DNA of 62,987 bases, filler included, from Reticulomyxa filosa (GCA_000512085.1; 24 parts of 24 records of this genome joined end to end with filler, not necessarily neighbours in it); one strand, 5' to 3'; shown: positions 1 through 12,962, counted from the first letter of the whole stretch. The notes: generated from the letters alone by a model not told the origin. A program made the numbers and translations.

Positions 1-716
1 TTTTTTTTTGTTTTTATTACTTTCTTGTGCTTGATTCGATTGGGAACGATAAAGTTGTTGGGTTTTTGGTTGATTGAAATACTTTTTTCTAAATATAAAT
101 TTTTTTGAAAAGTAAGGAAAAAGGCTCTCTTGGTTTTGTTGTGGTTACTGCTTTATTCATTTGACATTTTTTTTAGAAAAAAAATAGTATTCTGTTGGTA
201 CTGGAACAAATACAAATACAAATTATACAAGTGTGCATGATTTTGCACACGATATCTCATCGACACCACATCTAACTCGGATTGTGAAGTTAATGCCAAG
301 TTAAATGATTTCATCTGCGTTGACACAAGTATAACAAGTGACTCCAATTTTTTTCGAAGTTCCAAAATTTAAGTTGACGTTCAAGAAAAGGGATTGCTCA
401 ACCACAAAAATAATACATTTGAATGTGAGTTTCTAAATTACACTGTAGACACTACTCGGCTTATTAATGTGACACTTTCACAATATCTTCCGATCTGTGC
501 ACATAGCTAAGGTTTCTTAAACCAATCTTACTTTCAGCGACTTGAGTTGTTACGTGTTTAGCAAGATGCTTTAATATAAATGTTACATTTATATCTTGAA
601 GTAGAGTGAACTTCATGAATTTTTTGATATTGAGTAGATAAATTAATGAGTTTCTATAATTGGATAATTCTGCATGAAGTTTTATGTCCAAAAAGTAAGT
701 ACACAAATCTTAGATA

Positions 717-1245
717 CAGTAGGATGCAAAAAGTTGACAGTGAAATGACATAATCGTGTAAATACATTTAAAAAAATTAAATTTTGATATTGTGGAGAGA
801 ATTAAAAATTTGTTCAAAATTACGTAAAAATTCTACATTTTAATTTCTTCAAGCATAAAATAAACCCAGTGAAATATTTAAAATGTAATATCTTGATAGA
901 TATGATTGATTTTCTTCATGAAAAAACAACACTTAGACTTAATTTTTTTTATAAAGAAAAATGTCCACAAATCGAGCACTTTCTGAAAACTGTTTTAAAA
1001 AATTTGGCAGATTTCATGGTTACGATGCATGCACGATTGTTAATTTTTTCTCAAAAATTTTGAAAAATCAATAAAATATTCCATTTTTGAAATAATTAGT
1101 AAAGATTTAATAAAAACCAAAATGTATTTAAAAACTACACGACTCGTAGATATTTTTCTTTAAATAAAAAAAATTTAGGTCATGAAGAAAATTAATCATA
1201 TTATAATGTGCATTTTAGGTGTCAACTTTCTTTTGTATTTCGTAT
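717..1245. mobile_element. Tc1/mariner-type MITE, degenerate copy with both arms
   Basis: Starts TA|CAGTAGGATGCAAAAAGTTGACA. The left-arm block 895-950 (GATTGATTTTCTTCATGAAAAAACAAC) and the right arm 1125-1245 (...CATTTTAGGTGTCAACTTT) are inverted copies. No ORF. Confidence 0.7.
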
Positions 1246-1611
1246 GGCGTATTTTTCAAATTTTACTTATTCTTTTTTGTTAGGCTGATCTAATTTGTTT
1301 TTTTGTTACAGGTTATCCTGCTTTGGATTAGTGACTTTTTGTAAGACTTAGTTCGGTTGACGCTTCAGAAATTTCAGGAACAGTCTAGAAAGTAAATTTC
1401 TACAAATTATTAATTCATTACTTAATCTCCGATGCGGCTGGTAAAACTAAATTTAAAAAATGAATGTTCCTTTGTTTTAAAGAAATTAGAAATAAAACTT
1501 CAATAAGAAGTGAAATATAAAGAATTTTTACGTTTGTGACGTTTGGACAACTTTGAAAGTTCACTTGGACGTTTCGCAACATCTTTTTTTAAAAAAAGTC
1601 TTTCTGGAGAG

Positions 1612-2649
1612 ATGCGTCTGAACGCCCAAAAAGCAGGCTACCATACAGAGAATGGATTATTTATAACTCTTGCGATCAACGCCTTCTGCAGTTTGTATTG
1701 TTTGTGGTTGCTGTACATAGTCTGGCGTAATATGTGGAACGGGGCAAGAGAAAGAATAGTGAGTGAGACAGCGAAAGAGATCCAGCTGTCCGTACAAAGG
1801 AGTACAACCGAAATGAGTGTAAGTATATCTACGTCAGAAAAGGGTAGTAAAAAGTCGACAACAATTGACACACGTATCAAATGGATTGTGACACTGTACA
1901 TAATTGGGTGTTTTTGGATATGCGTCGGCAACATAAGTGAGCACTTGATATACGCATTAGTTGAGAGCTCTGGGAGAGCATGTGTCCGTGGATTGTATAT
2001 TATATACTTGCGAACATTTGTGGAAGGATTATTTTACTCGTTTTATTTGGTGCGCACAACAGTGCTTCTGCAAGGGAGTATTTTTGAAATCCAAAATGTC
2101 GACAAATTTTTTTAGGATCGCACCAACGGTTACCTTTGGTAGCGTACTGTTTGCTTACAACCTACGTTTACAACTCGTTCACTGCAATGAAACGGACACT
2201 ATTGCATTCTTACTTCTTGTCGTATCCATCATTGTACATATTTTTTGGAATATCACTTTATTTGTTTTTTTGATTTATCACGTTTGCAAAGTTAACAACA
2301 TTTTTTTTTTTTTTTTTTTTTTTTGAAATATACGTATAAAAAAAAAGTACTTTTTTTTATACGTATATTTCAAAAAAAAAAAAAAAAAAAGGTCGCAAAT
2401 GAGAAGGCAATATCGAATAACCAATTTCGAAGAGGCTTGAAAGACTATTTGAAAAAGCTGTTGCGGCTATTTTTAATCACAGAGGTGTCCACTTTTGCCT
2501 TCTACTTGGCTGTGGCTGTGCCCAGCTGGAACGAAGCCATTTGGTCGGTGGTTGTCATCGACCTCTGTGTCAATTGCTCCTCCATAATCTTGTCGTTTAG
2601 CTTTGCCAGGCCTGTCTTTGACTTCATTTGCTTGTGTACGTGCCAATAG
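1612..2649 (+). CDS. Multi-pass membrane protein, 7TM/GPCR-like
   Basis: ATG 1612. Three ORF pieces join through a 1-nt slip in the T-run near 2110 and a GT-AG intron 2291-2391. About 7 hydrophobic segments and a Cys-containing tail. Confidence 0.6.
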
Positions 2650-3136
2650 ATACTTGGTTTTCGTTCATTTTAATCCCACTCACTCTCACTTTTCGTGGCT
2701 CCATTTTTCTTTGGTATGAAAAAGACTTTTTCAAACTTGTAAAAATATCTTTTTTATGCATCGTTTTTTTTTTTATTCTTTTTGTGGAGAGCCAAATCTC
2801 CGTTGAAATTTTTTTTATTAATCCTCAAAGCTCGTTTATTAAAGTCTGCATATGCGGTAACATCAATAAGTTTTATTTTAAATATTACTGCTCAGAGATA
2901 ACTGTACGCTTAGAACCGCATTTATGGCACTTCAGCGGTTTTCGTGCATATCTATCAATATCGACGCAGTAACTACATAATCTAAAAATAGGACTTGTTG
3001 CAAATATATTGTGCTTTCCTTTTAAAAGAATTTTTTAAAAAGTCAAACAGGTATAAAACAATCCTTTTCTTTACACTGTTAAAATATTTTTGGCGGTATC
3101 CTTTATTGAGTTTGGAAAAAAAGTTCAAATAGTGCT

Positions 3137-3150
3137 CATCTTGCGTCATC
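3137..3150 (+). promoter_or_regulatory. Conserved upstream motif CATCTTGCGTCATC of WD40 family genes
   Basis: Identical 14-mer at 17991-18004. Both copies start ~45-50 nt before the WD40 ATG. Confidence 0.45.
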
Positions 3151-3187
3151 TACTAAAATCAAGGGAAAAAACCAAAAGGTTGAAAGA

Positions 3188-4597
3188 ATGGCTACTCTTA
3201 AAAAGGGAAAAAAAGATCTCATATTCGTAAGCTTCATTTTCAATCTTTCTAAATGCTTATTGTTTTTACGTCTTAGTTGTATTTATCATAGTTATTGCGT
3301 GTGACATATGATTGAATCAGCTAGAAGAAAAAGATGTCCAATTAATTATTCAACATTGGGTTCGAATATTAAAAATTAAATTAGGATGGATTCATGATTT
3401 TGGCAAACTTGTTGCCAATTATGTAATGCTTTTTTTTTTTTTTTTATATTAATAAAAAAGAGTTTTTAGTTGCTAATATTATTTACATATAAATTAATGC
3501 AGGTACATACATTTTTCATGCTTGACACGTTTCGCTCATCATCTAAATTAATCAATACGCTCACCGGACATACTGCCGATGTGCGATGCATTGATTATGC
3601 AGCATTTGATGAAGACCAATTCCTTTGTTCTGGGTCATATGATAAAACAGTTCGTGTATGGGATGTGGAGACAAATCAACAAATTGAATTATTCAATGGA
3701 CATTTAAATTATGTAAATTGTGTGAAATTTTCACCATATCATTATCATAATCAACATCGTAATGTTGTTTGTTCTTCATCAGATGACAAAACCATTCGTT
3801 TTTGGGATATCAAAGATAATAAGCAATTAAATGTATTCAATGGACATCTTACCTGGGTTGGTGTCATTGAATTCTCACAATTTAATGGTGGTCGATATTT
3901 GTGTTCTGGATCATATGACAAAACTATTTGTTTATGGGATGTCGAAACATCTAAATTAATGCATGTTTTCAATGGACATGAAGACGGAATTTTTTGTGTA
4001 GATATTTCACCATTGCAAAGTAATAACAATATCGAAAAGAATAACATTGGTGTAATTGGTGGGAATGGATATACAATATGTTCTGGTTCATATGATAAGA
4101 CCATTCGAATATGGGATATTGAAACAACCAAACAATTCACTGTAATAAAAGGTCATCAAAAAGCAGTGAACAGTATAAAATATGGATCAAATGAATTAAT
4201 AAATACAATATTATCTGGGTCAGATGATAATAGTGTCCGTTTGTGGGATACTCGATCTAGTAAACAAATTCAAGTGTTCAATGGACATACAAATTGGGTA
4301 TGGTCTGTTGAATACTCATCATTTGTAGTAAACAACACTGAAGTTGGCAGTAATTCAAATGTGGTATGTTCTGGATCATGGGATAATACAATTCGATTTT
4401 GGGATATTCGATCAAACAAGAAAGAATTATATATTATCAAAGGAGATAAGAAAAAAGATGAAAGAATATATTGTTTTAAATTTGTGCCGTTGAAAAAGAA
4501 AGGACAAAACAATGAAAATGAAAAAAAAAAGAACAGTGATTGTGGTTTTAATTTGTATTATGGTTCACATGGACATCATATTATTGTTTGGGGATAA
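3188..4597 (+). CDS. WD40-repeat protein, expanded family (exons 3188-3226, 3321-3422, 3503-4597)
   Basis: GH...SGSxDxTIRxWD repeats; GT-AG introns in phase 0; exon 2 encodes LEEKDVQLIIQHWVRILKIKLGWIHDFGKLVANY. Confidence 0.9.
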
Positions 4598-4971
4598 TTT
4601 AATTTCTCAAATACAAAAATTAATCAATTTTGGTGTTCTTATTTTGACAAAAAAAAAAAAAATAATTTCAGATTTAATGATTATTATGTTTGTTGTCGGA
4701 CAAACAAGTGAAAATGCTTGTTTTTTTAAAATTTAGTAAAAACAAATAAATTTTTGCTTTTTTTATTGAAAATCATTTTCAATAGAATATTTGTCTAAAC
4801 AATGACAAAGTTAAATCAACGCAAATATATAGCGTGAAGATGACTTAACCACTTTGTGATAATAAAGTAACTTTATTTGTGTCTTTGCACATATTGCATA
4901 CGAACAATGTTGTTACTGTAACAGTTGGAACCGAAAGGGTTTGAATTCCGGGTTTTTAAAAAACCCGGAAT

Positions 4972-5071
4972 NNNNNNNNNNNNNNNNNNNNNNNNNNNNN
5001 NNNNNNNNNNNNNNNTTAATTAATTAANNNNNNNNNNNNNNNNNNNNNNNNNNNNNNNNNNNNNNNNNNNN
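4972..5071. other. Artificial contig spacer (first of 23; the others start at 7877, 9620, 16486, 17586, 18843, 20784, 23782, 26709, 28709, 29810, 32296, 34918, 36900, 39567, 46400, 47500, 49035, 51310, 54173, 55476, 57361, 58604)
   Basis: Identical N44-TTAATTAATTAA-N44 each time. The core gives stops in all six frames and the flanks are unrelated. Confidence 0.98.
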
Positions 5072-5199
5072 TATCACTAATACTGTTGATCGATATGTTT
5101 GTTTTTTTATATTTCTTTCACTCCAAATCTATATAAATCACTCTACAATAAAAAATCTATGTTCACATTGTTTTAATTAAGACGTATTACAACAACTGA

Positions 5200-6830
5200 A
5201 AATATGATACAAATAATATATACCTCCAAATAGAGCACACTATCTTTGTCATCCTCTGTAGTCACTCGTAATACGGTTCATATTTTAAGACCGGTAGTAT
5301 GATTGCAAATTGCTTCTCAAATGCCAATTGACCAATTTGTGAAACTAATCCCAAGATTGCCAAACCTGGTTTCGATTCGTTTGTCTGCAGGCCGCACTAA
5401 TAAGTCCAAGATTGACTGCATGTGCAGCACGATTTGGAGAGGAAGCAATATGAGCAGCGCTATTACCGGATGCACTCAAATGGTCATTGACAGTGCCAGT
5501 ACAATACGCTTTTGATTCAGTTAAGATATGGTCGATTGAATCATATAATGAAAGCGGTAATTGTTGGTATTGCGGTCATTGAATCTCCTGATCTTGCTGC
5601 TTCATGGACAATAGTATAACATCCTTTGTATGTATTCCCATCATTAGACACTCCTTCAATTTCATTACCCAGGCAAGGATATGGAATATCATTGTACTAT
5701 TGTCATCAGTCTATCGATCAAAGTATTGATTGCATTTTCCAGTTGTTTTTCATCTTTTAATTCATTCAAACATTTGAAAACACCATTTAATTTTTTGTTT
5801 AATTTCATAAAAAAAAAATCTAATATATTTTGCATATAAGTTACGATTCCATTCACTGTTAACTTTGAGTTGATTGATCGAGCATGTGAAAACGGAATTG
5901 ATTTGTGTTTCGGCAGAACACACAGTAGTTCTTTTTCTTTTTGATCGACTCAATTGAAAAGCATAAATACTCACCACCATGGTTAAATCAATCACGAAAC
6001 ATCTGCTGTTCCAAATACTCGTCAATGTTAATCTTGATCCAAACTTTGTTCGCTCTGTCAATCATCGCTTTGACCACTCCGTCTTTGTACTTGGATTCCG
6101 ATTCCATTTCCAAATTTGGTTCATACTCGAACCGCATATCCAAAGATTCTTTTTTTTGGGGATGTCTTGTTTGTATTGACATTTACTTTGTCCTTTGGCA
6201 AAGTAGCGGATAGCATGAGCGAATACGACCCAACGCTGTTTTGTCTATGTTCATGTGGTATCCCCCTATGTTGATTAATGCTAAGTTCTTTGATGAATCT
6301 TCACCATCCTGTTCAATTGTTCAATTGGAATTGGGAGTGATGGATGATGGCTCTTTGGTATTAGTGTCAGTACTGACTCTTTTTTTTTTTCCTGATGCTT
6401 TCGCAGCTGCACTTTCAGTCCCACTCTCCCTCCATTCCTTGTTCCTGCGGCGATCCCATAATTCCTTGCTTCGCTTTAACCCAGGCATTCAACAATTTTC
6501 TTGCGGATGTTCTTTCTCCAGACGGCTCATTAGGACGTCCAGTATTAGCCACTGTTTGGTCAATACTTTTTGTAAATGTGGAGTCGTTGCTTTGTGGGAT
6601 TGTCGCTGCAGGAACAGTGTCGCCAGGTGGATACTCCCACTTTTGTGACTACGTGGATTGGATTAAATAATATCTTATTTTTACGAGCTTTTTTAGGCCC
6701 AAAAGAAATACTTGAAGTAGCTACTACTGGCTTGACCATTTTCTTGATACTCACTTTCATGTGTTCTGTTGCCTGCCTTTCGCTCGGTGCCAGAAGCATT
6801 GGTATATTGATCAGACGTAATTGCTTGTCC
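5200..6830 (-). mobile_element. Possible decayed LINE (ORF1 knuckle remnants and start of APE domain)
   Basis: Many stops. Remnants read as degenerate CCHC-like segments (CYTIVHEAAR, DSIDH, YCTGTVNDHLSAS) and an APE-like SYYRS*N...LFGG segment. Confidence 0.3.
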
Positions 6831-6919
6831 AAAAAATGAAATGCACAAAGTTACGAACAGCTTTCATCGACACAATCACATCAATAAAATATTTATCTTG
6901 ATTTTTTTTTTTATTATTA

Positions 6920-7876
6920 TTAATGGCCTTTACCGTTTGCAATCGTGATCCAAGTGATCGACTCTGCTTTAATTATTATGAAGCATGTATTTTTTTTGGA
7001 TACGATTTGCTTGATCGAAAAGTCAAGAGATGAATAGATTGTTAACCAGAAACAAGTAATCGTCTCCAGTAGCAGATTCTGCACCATGAATAGCGACAAA
7101 TAGCATTTCAAAATGCGATTTTCAATAACGTCAAATAGAGTGACGAATGAAATTTGGAGATAATTGTTATGCTTGTTGTTGGAATTTGGAATCTTCCATC
7201 AGGCAATGTTTCCAAATCTGTCAAATACAAGCTGTGTCAACAAGCAATTGAAACGCTTCAAGCAAAGGAATAAAAAAAAATGGAAAAAAAAAAGCAATCA
7301 CAAACATGCCAATAATATCTTGGAGGACAGGATTATGCGTTTATCTCCAAAATCAGGTATTGTTCCACTAAATTTGTTCTAAAATCAACTCTTGCAATTC
7401 TTGTGGATGATTATGGTACTTCGGGGCTTACTTATACTAATTATTTTGTTTTTATTATTTTTTTTTCCAAACAAAACAGATGTTTATATACATATACATT
7501 TTTAAAAATATACAAAGATATAAAATGGTGTGCTCTATAGCCTTGGTGCTTGTAGTCCAGAATGAAAACTCAAACCATTTATAGATTGATCCAATAACAA
7601 ATAAATCTTTTTTCCCAATCAGACACTTGGCGTAAAGTATCGTAGATAGTACGAAGTTGATCATTTGCAATTCGTTGCAACTGCTCTTGCATCAAAGGGA
7701 ACCTCTGCTTGCCAAATTCCAATATTTCACGAACTTGCAAGTTTCCATGTGCTTCTTGTGCTCGCACTTTCAAATCTTTCAATGCTTGCTCCATTGTTCG
7801 CAAGAAATTGAGCGCCATTAGAATGTTTTTGGTGGCAATAATTCTGTTCTCATAACCATATCGTTTGTTTGCTTTG
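6920..7876 (-). pseudogene. Degraded intron-containing gene of unknown family
   Basis: Protein-like stretches (MALNFLRTMEQALKDL..., LLEAFQLLVDTAC, SHFEMLFVAIHGA) broken by stops and frameshifts. Confidence 0.4.
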
Positions 7877-8629
7877 NNNNNNNNNNNNNNNNNNNNNNNN
7901 NNNNNNNNNNNNNNNNNNNNTTAATTAATTAANNNNNNNNNNNNNNNNNNNNNNNNNNNNNNNNNNNNNNNNNNNNTCAGTTACCAGGAGTTTGCACCAC
8001 GGTACACTTAAAGCAACTTAGGACAAGATACGCTGTAAGTTTAAAAGCACTTCCACATATCAAAGCACACACTAAATGCTGAACTGACGACGAAACCCCC
8101 AAAAAAATGAACTGCAACAAAAAACGTTGACAAAGGGTAACAAAATGGTTTATGGTCACACTCAAGCCACAATATCACAAAATCCAACTACTATTAAAAA
8201 AACTTTATATCACTATAAAAAAATTTTTACTAGTTAAAAATTTTCTAGTTAGAATTTTCTTTCTTTCTTTTTTGGTCCGGAACTTTCTTGGGCTAGACGA
8301 AGTTTTAAATAATTTACTTGACTTTCAGGAACTTAATCACTTATGTTGCTGATCGAAGTTCTTTGGATTTAATTGGAGTTATGACTATCGTTGGAGCAAC
8401 TTTTGCTAGTTGAAAAAAAATTTTCTTATCAGTTTGAAAAGTTTGTTTTCTTTGTGTCTTTGTTTCTGTTTTCGCTGTTGAAGACGAAAATTGTTTTTAA
8501 TAATCATAATTAACGATCACTTCAAGTAAACTTAGAACAAGTAGATATATCGATATATCTCAACACAACAATAATCCTCAAGTCAAATTCCGAAAATTTT
8601 TTTTTAACTAGTAAAATTAATTTTTGACG

Positions 8630-9600
8630 CCTTTCGGGAAATTGGCAATCTCGAGGCCTCGGGCAAAACCGAAACCTACTCGCTGATAACAAGGCTTATG
8701 AAGGCAATCTGGACGGTCGAGGCAGCTCTACTGCAAGCCATGTTGGGACAAAATGACCCACATGGAATTGGTTCAAGCATCCGATCTAGATTATGGATTA
8801 ATAAATGAAGAAGGCAAAGCATTATCACTAAACTTTGCGGTTGTTGTGTCAAGTTCAAATTCGCAACACAACGACGAAAAGAAAGCTGATGAGATTACAT
8901 TTGAGAACATGTGGAAAAAGAATATGAAAACTCGACGACAATTTCTTTATACTAGTTGAAAATTTCATATATCTGATCTTGCGATATTTCGTAAGATCAG
9001 ATATCGAACAACAAGTATAACAAGCGAAATTTCTAAAAACAGCGGTTGAAACAGAATAGAAAGATCAAGCAAAAAATTGAGCAATTTTCAATTGAATAAT
9101 TGCAATTAAACATTCACACAATTGATTATTTTAAGTATTTTTAGTTTTTTTCTAATTTGTTAAAAGAAGCGAATTGAATATCAATATTTTATGAGACTTC
9201 AACACTTCGAAAATAAGGCCCAGAGAATTCAGTTGAGCAACGCTCCTATAATTCCCCCTGACCTCCACAGGGAAGAGCCAAATTGTTTTCACAGCCATTG
9301 ATTGATCTCAACATTCAACCTTTGAAATTTACTTTACTCTTTTGATTTAATTAAGACTTTAAATTGATATTTTTACTTGTGTTGATTGTGAATTTCCAAA
9401 TTTTTTAGATCTTTTCCTTTGCTTTTGGGACGAGGTGCTCTTTTAACTAGGATTAGATCCCAACTTTCAGCTAAAAAAAAGCAGAGCTTTTATGAGACTG
9501 TGTTTCTAGGCCTGAGTATAGCACTGAAGTATCTTGAAGTTTTACACCTGTTCCAACGAGTCTTCACTTAGAACGTGTCAGATCGTCACGATGATCTGAT
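8630..9600 (+). pseudogene. Degraded gene fragment, unknown family
   Basis: LYCKPCWDKMTHMELV... ORF followed by stop-riddled coding-like sequence. Confidence 0.3.
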
Positions 9601-9719
9601 ATAGAATTTTTTTTTTTTTNNNNNNNNNNNNNNNNNNNNNNNNNNNNNNNNNNNNNNNNNNNNTTAATTAATTAANNNNNNNNNNNNNNNNNNNNNNNNN
9701 NNNNNNNNNNNNNNNNNNN

Positions 9720-10199
9720 TTTTTTTTTTTTTTTTTTTTTTTGTGCCTTTTGCAAACGTATACCGGTCCTTGTAGCTCTACAAAATAATGCACTAAAGAC
9801 TGGAATAAACAAAACTTTATCCCCAAACTTACCTAGTCTCTCGAACCAAAATAATGTGCTGGCCACATAAAAACACACCGGAGCAAGGTGAATGAACAAA
9901 TTTGTCGTTTTGCAAAAATGGTCCCATTCCAGAAGCGATGGCGTTATTTTCAGTGTCACCGTCATTGTAAATATACTTGCCACATACACCCAGCCTGCCA
10001 CGTAAAATACAATCCCTGACCAAACCAAACTTTTGCCCGTTTTTTGTTTCAACGTAAACAAGTTGTACAACCCAAAGCCTGCCAATATCGTTTGGAGTGG
10101 TAGCACTGCGCAACCTACCACAAAAGGGGTTCCAACAAATGTCCCAATGTAGTTATTATTATTTTTCAATACTGTATGTGAACAAATCCTTTCTTCCAT
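9720..10199 (-). CDS. Multi-pass membrane protein, 7TM-like, 3' truncated by contig end
   Basis: ATG 10199 (MEERIC...). Three TM-like segments ending C...FY...FWFERL, similar in layout to 1612-2649, then a GT intron. Confidence 0.55.
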
Positions 10200-10563
10200 T
10201 TTTATTTTTATCACTATAATATACGAAAGGAAAGTAGGGACTATTTTCTTTTCTTTTCTTCTAAGGGAATTACTTGTGAACGTCCAAAAAAAACAACAGC
10301 GTTTCAAAGGTCTTTTATTTTTTGGAACATCCGTTGCATGCGGTTGTTGCAACCATAAAGTCTTATTGGTTGCTGGATAGGAGAAATTGTTTATAAAAAC
10401 AAGTGCTTGGCAGAAAAAAATGCAACACCTTTAGAAGTGGCATATAAAAGAAATGGGATCGCAAGAAAAGACAATACTGAAAACAAAAATATCGAAACAA
10501 AGTGAAACACGGAGCGCTTTTTCTTGTTTGTGGGGTGTGTCTGTAAAAATAAAAAATAGAAAA

Positions 10564-11238
10564 ATGTCACAACAAGGTGATGTCAATTCTGCCCGTAAAA
10601 ATGATGTTCGCTTGGGAGATGTTGTGTTAATACCTGGACATCGTCTTGGAATTGTAAGATATATTGGTCCAGTGCATTTTGGTGAGGAAGGCGAAACATA
10701 TTTTGGGGTCGAACTGAAAGGACATACGGAAGAGGATCATGGTTGCAATGGAACAGTAGACGGAAACAGGTACTTTCAATGCAAGCATGAAAAGTCTGGT
10801 GTTTTCGTGAAAAAAATTAGCCGTATCATAACTCCTGAAGAGATTTTGAAAAAATTGGCAGAATTGAATGAGAAGCTATTGCTATGCACTTGCCAAAGTG
10901 CAGAAAAGCCCATCACTACCGCCGCTGCCGCTACTGTTGCTACTACCGCCACTGCTACTGTTGCTGCTGCGACCACAACCACGATCATTACTGCACCCGC
11001 TGCCGCAGTTGTTACAGCTACAGAACAAAACAAAAATGTTACAACCATTGCAGATCAAAACAAAAACGAAAGCCCTCAAACTGCGAATACTGACACACCC
11101 GATGTCAATTTGAACAACTCCCATTCGATCGGTAAAAACGTTATAACAAAACGCCTTAGCATTAACACCAATTTTAATAACAATGTTAACGATAGTGCCA
11201 ATGAGGACTCCGACAGTGATGATGAGACTGATGTGTGA
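10564..11238 (+). CDS. CAP-Gly domain protein
   Basis: GIVRYIGPVHF...FGVEL...NGTVDGNRYFQC...GVFV; Thr/Ala-rich linker; acidic tail. Confidence 0.9.
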   Translation: MSQQGDVNSARKNDVRLGDVVLIPGHRLGIVRYIGPVHFGEEGETYFGVELKGHTEEDHGCNGTVDGNRYFQCKHEKSGVFVKKISRIITPEEILKKLAELNEKLLLCTCQSAEKPITTAAAATVATTATATVAAATTTTIITAPAAAVVTATEQNKNVTTIADQNKNESPQTANTDTPDVNLNNSHSIGKNVITKRLSINTNFNNNVNDSANEDSDSDDETDV

Positions 11239-12083
11239 AGAGTAAAGGGGAAAAGGGGCTCCACGTCTTATAGAAAAAGAAAACAAAAAAAAAATGAACA
11301 AAATTAACGTAGGGGAAGAGGGAGGACGGGAAGTGGACACAAATACTTTCCTTTTTTTTTTTTTTTTGGCATCCACATCAAAAAAAAGGTTTGATTGTTT
11401 TTTCTGCAAATTGTCGTTGACTGGATTATGGTAACATAAGCTGTACAAATTGTTTTTTTTTTCCCAATAATTTTAACACTTTTTGGTGAACGAGCCAAAT
11501 TTTTTCAGATTTGGCTTCTCTTTGCTTTTCTTTTTTCCCTTTTTTTGTTTTGTTTTTTTGTTTTGCTTTTACAAAGTTTCTTTTGAAACTAGCTTTTTCA
11601 AAGATTAAAAAAGAGCATTACTTTGTGTGCACTTTCAATTCGTTTGGGGTAACAAAAAAAACGAATCGATTCAGCAAAATCAAATTTCAAAAAGAGGGCG
11701 TTATATATATTTTGTTCTCTTTCTTGTTTTCAATTCTGCAATTTTGCTTCCACTACTGCGTCAATGTCTTCTGTCCAGACATGCATTAGAAAAATACATC
11801 GATGTCTCTGTATTGATGAGATATTACTTGCCAGAGAAGAGACGTTGCGTTAACAGTGATTGAACACAACTCAGTGTTCTTTTTTACTGGCCGCTAAAAA
11901 TAAAACGGTGTTGAAATGATTGTTTAAAGTAGCTCCCTCTCTGCAAACTCAAGCAAACAAACAAGAAAAAGTGCAAGTTGATATCACATCTCAAGATGTT
12001 TGGTGCAATCAAATAAGGCAAAGCAAAGTCAAATTTTGATTATTTTAATTTTCTTCTTCCCTCTCCTCTTCTTCCTTCACAGT

Positions 12084-12962
12084 TTATTTTTTTGGTTTGG
12101 CTGCAGTTTTTCCATTGGTACCTTGCGCATTAGCAGGGGCACCGCTTCGTTCTAAAACCTTTTTGGCACGTTGCTCGGCAGCCATTTCAGCTTGTTGTTC
12201 TAGTGATTTCGAATCATTTGGCCAACAAAGACACAAAAATAATAATAGCATTAAAAAGATGGCCACGTTAAAATGTTGAAAAGAGATTTGCATACACAAC
12301 TTACCTTGAACCGATTTCAACATCTTTGGCATAACCAAACTCATAAACAACATCATGGCCATCATAAAGCCCATTGGGGATTTGACAATTTGTAAAGGGT
12401 CATAAGATTGTGGAGGTTTAATATAGATTGCAGGTTGAATTGGAGTAACAATTAACTGAGGGGGCTGTCTTTCATTGTTTTGTAATTTGAATATTTTGGC
12501 TTTTCCATTGCTTTCCATGTCTACACTAAACACATTCCACACGTATCCACTTAAATGGACTTCCAAACGATGTTTTCCAATACTCACGTCCGAGCTGGGG
12601 TTTTTTTTAATATCTTTTTTGTTGCTTTTTTAGCGAAGGAGAGAGATAGGTCCATACACTTTGATAAACACATTTCAAAAAAAAAAAGATTGTAACAAAC
12701 AAGGCAAATTTTCCTTCTACTGTTGGAATTGCTATCTGTCGGTTTCCATCTAGTGACACTCGTGCTTTTGCAAATAATTCACGTTCAACACCGGCAATTC
12801 TCCCGTCAATTCGAAAATCTTTTCCTTGTCTACGATGTGCAGATTTCAGACTTTCTTAGAGGATTGAAAATGATATGAAGACAAGCAAGCATAGACTTAC
12901 ACAAAAAGACATGAGAGGAGATAAACGAAAATAGTGACGAAAAAGTAGGTATTGGAATTCAT
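12084..12962 (-). CDS. EMC7: ER membrane protein complex subunit 7 (several exons)
   Basis: Signal-peptide exon MNSNTYFFVTIF; beta-rich LEVHLSGYVW..FSVD region; YDPLQIVKSPMGFMMAMMLFMSLVMPKM motif. Confidence 0.75.

Noticed and set aside
2101-2118. TTT-TAG +1 programmed frameshift (Euplotes-like) in the 7TM gene
   Set aside because: It lies in a T7 homopolymer. A similar 1-nt excess occurs in the SHMT A10 run, so sequencing error is simpler. Raw reads would decide.
8084-8096. CTGACGA-C-GAAAC resembling a hammerhead ribozyme core
   Set aside because: No stem II, and no convincing stems I and III or cleavage triplet.
9578-9619. Hairpin TCAGATC...GATCTGA followed by a T-run (terminator, Helitron end or snoRNA)
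   Set aside because: Single copy at a contig edge, with no box C or CTRR end; T-runs are ubiquitous here.
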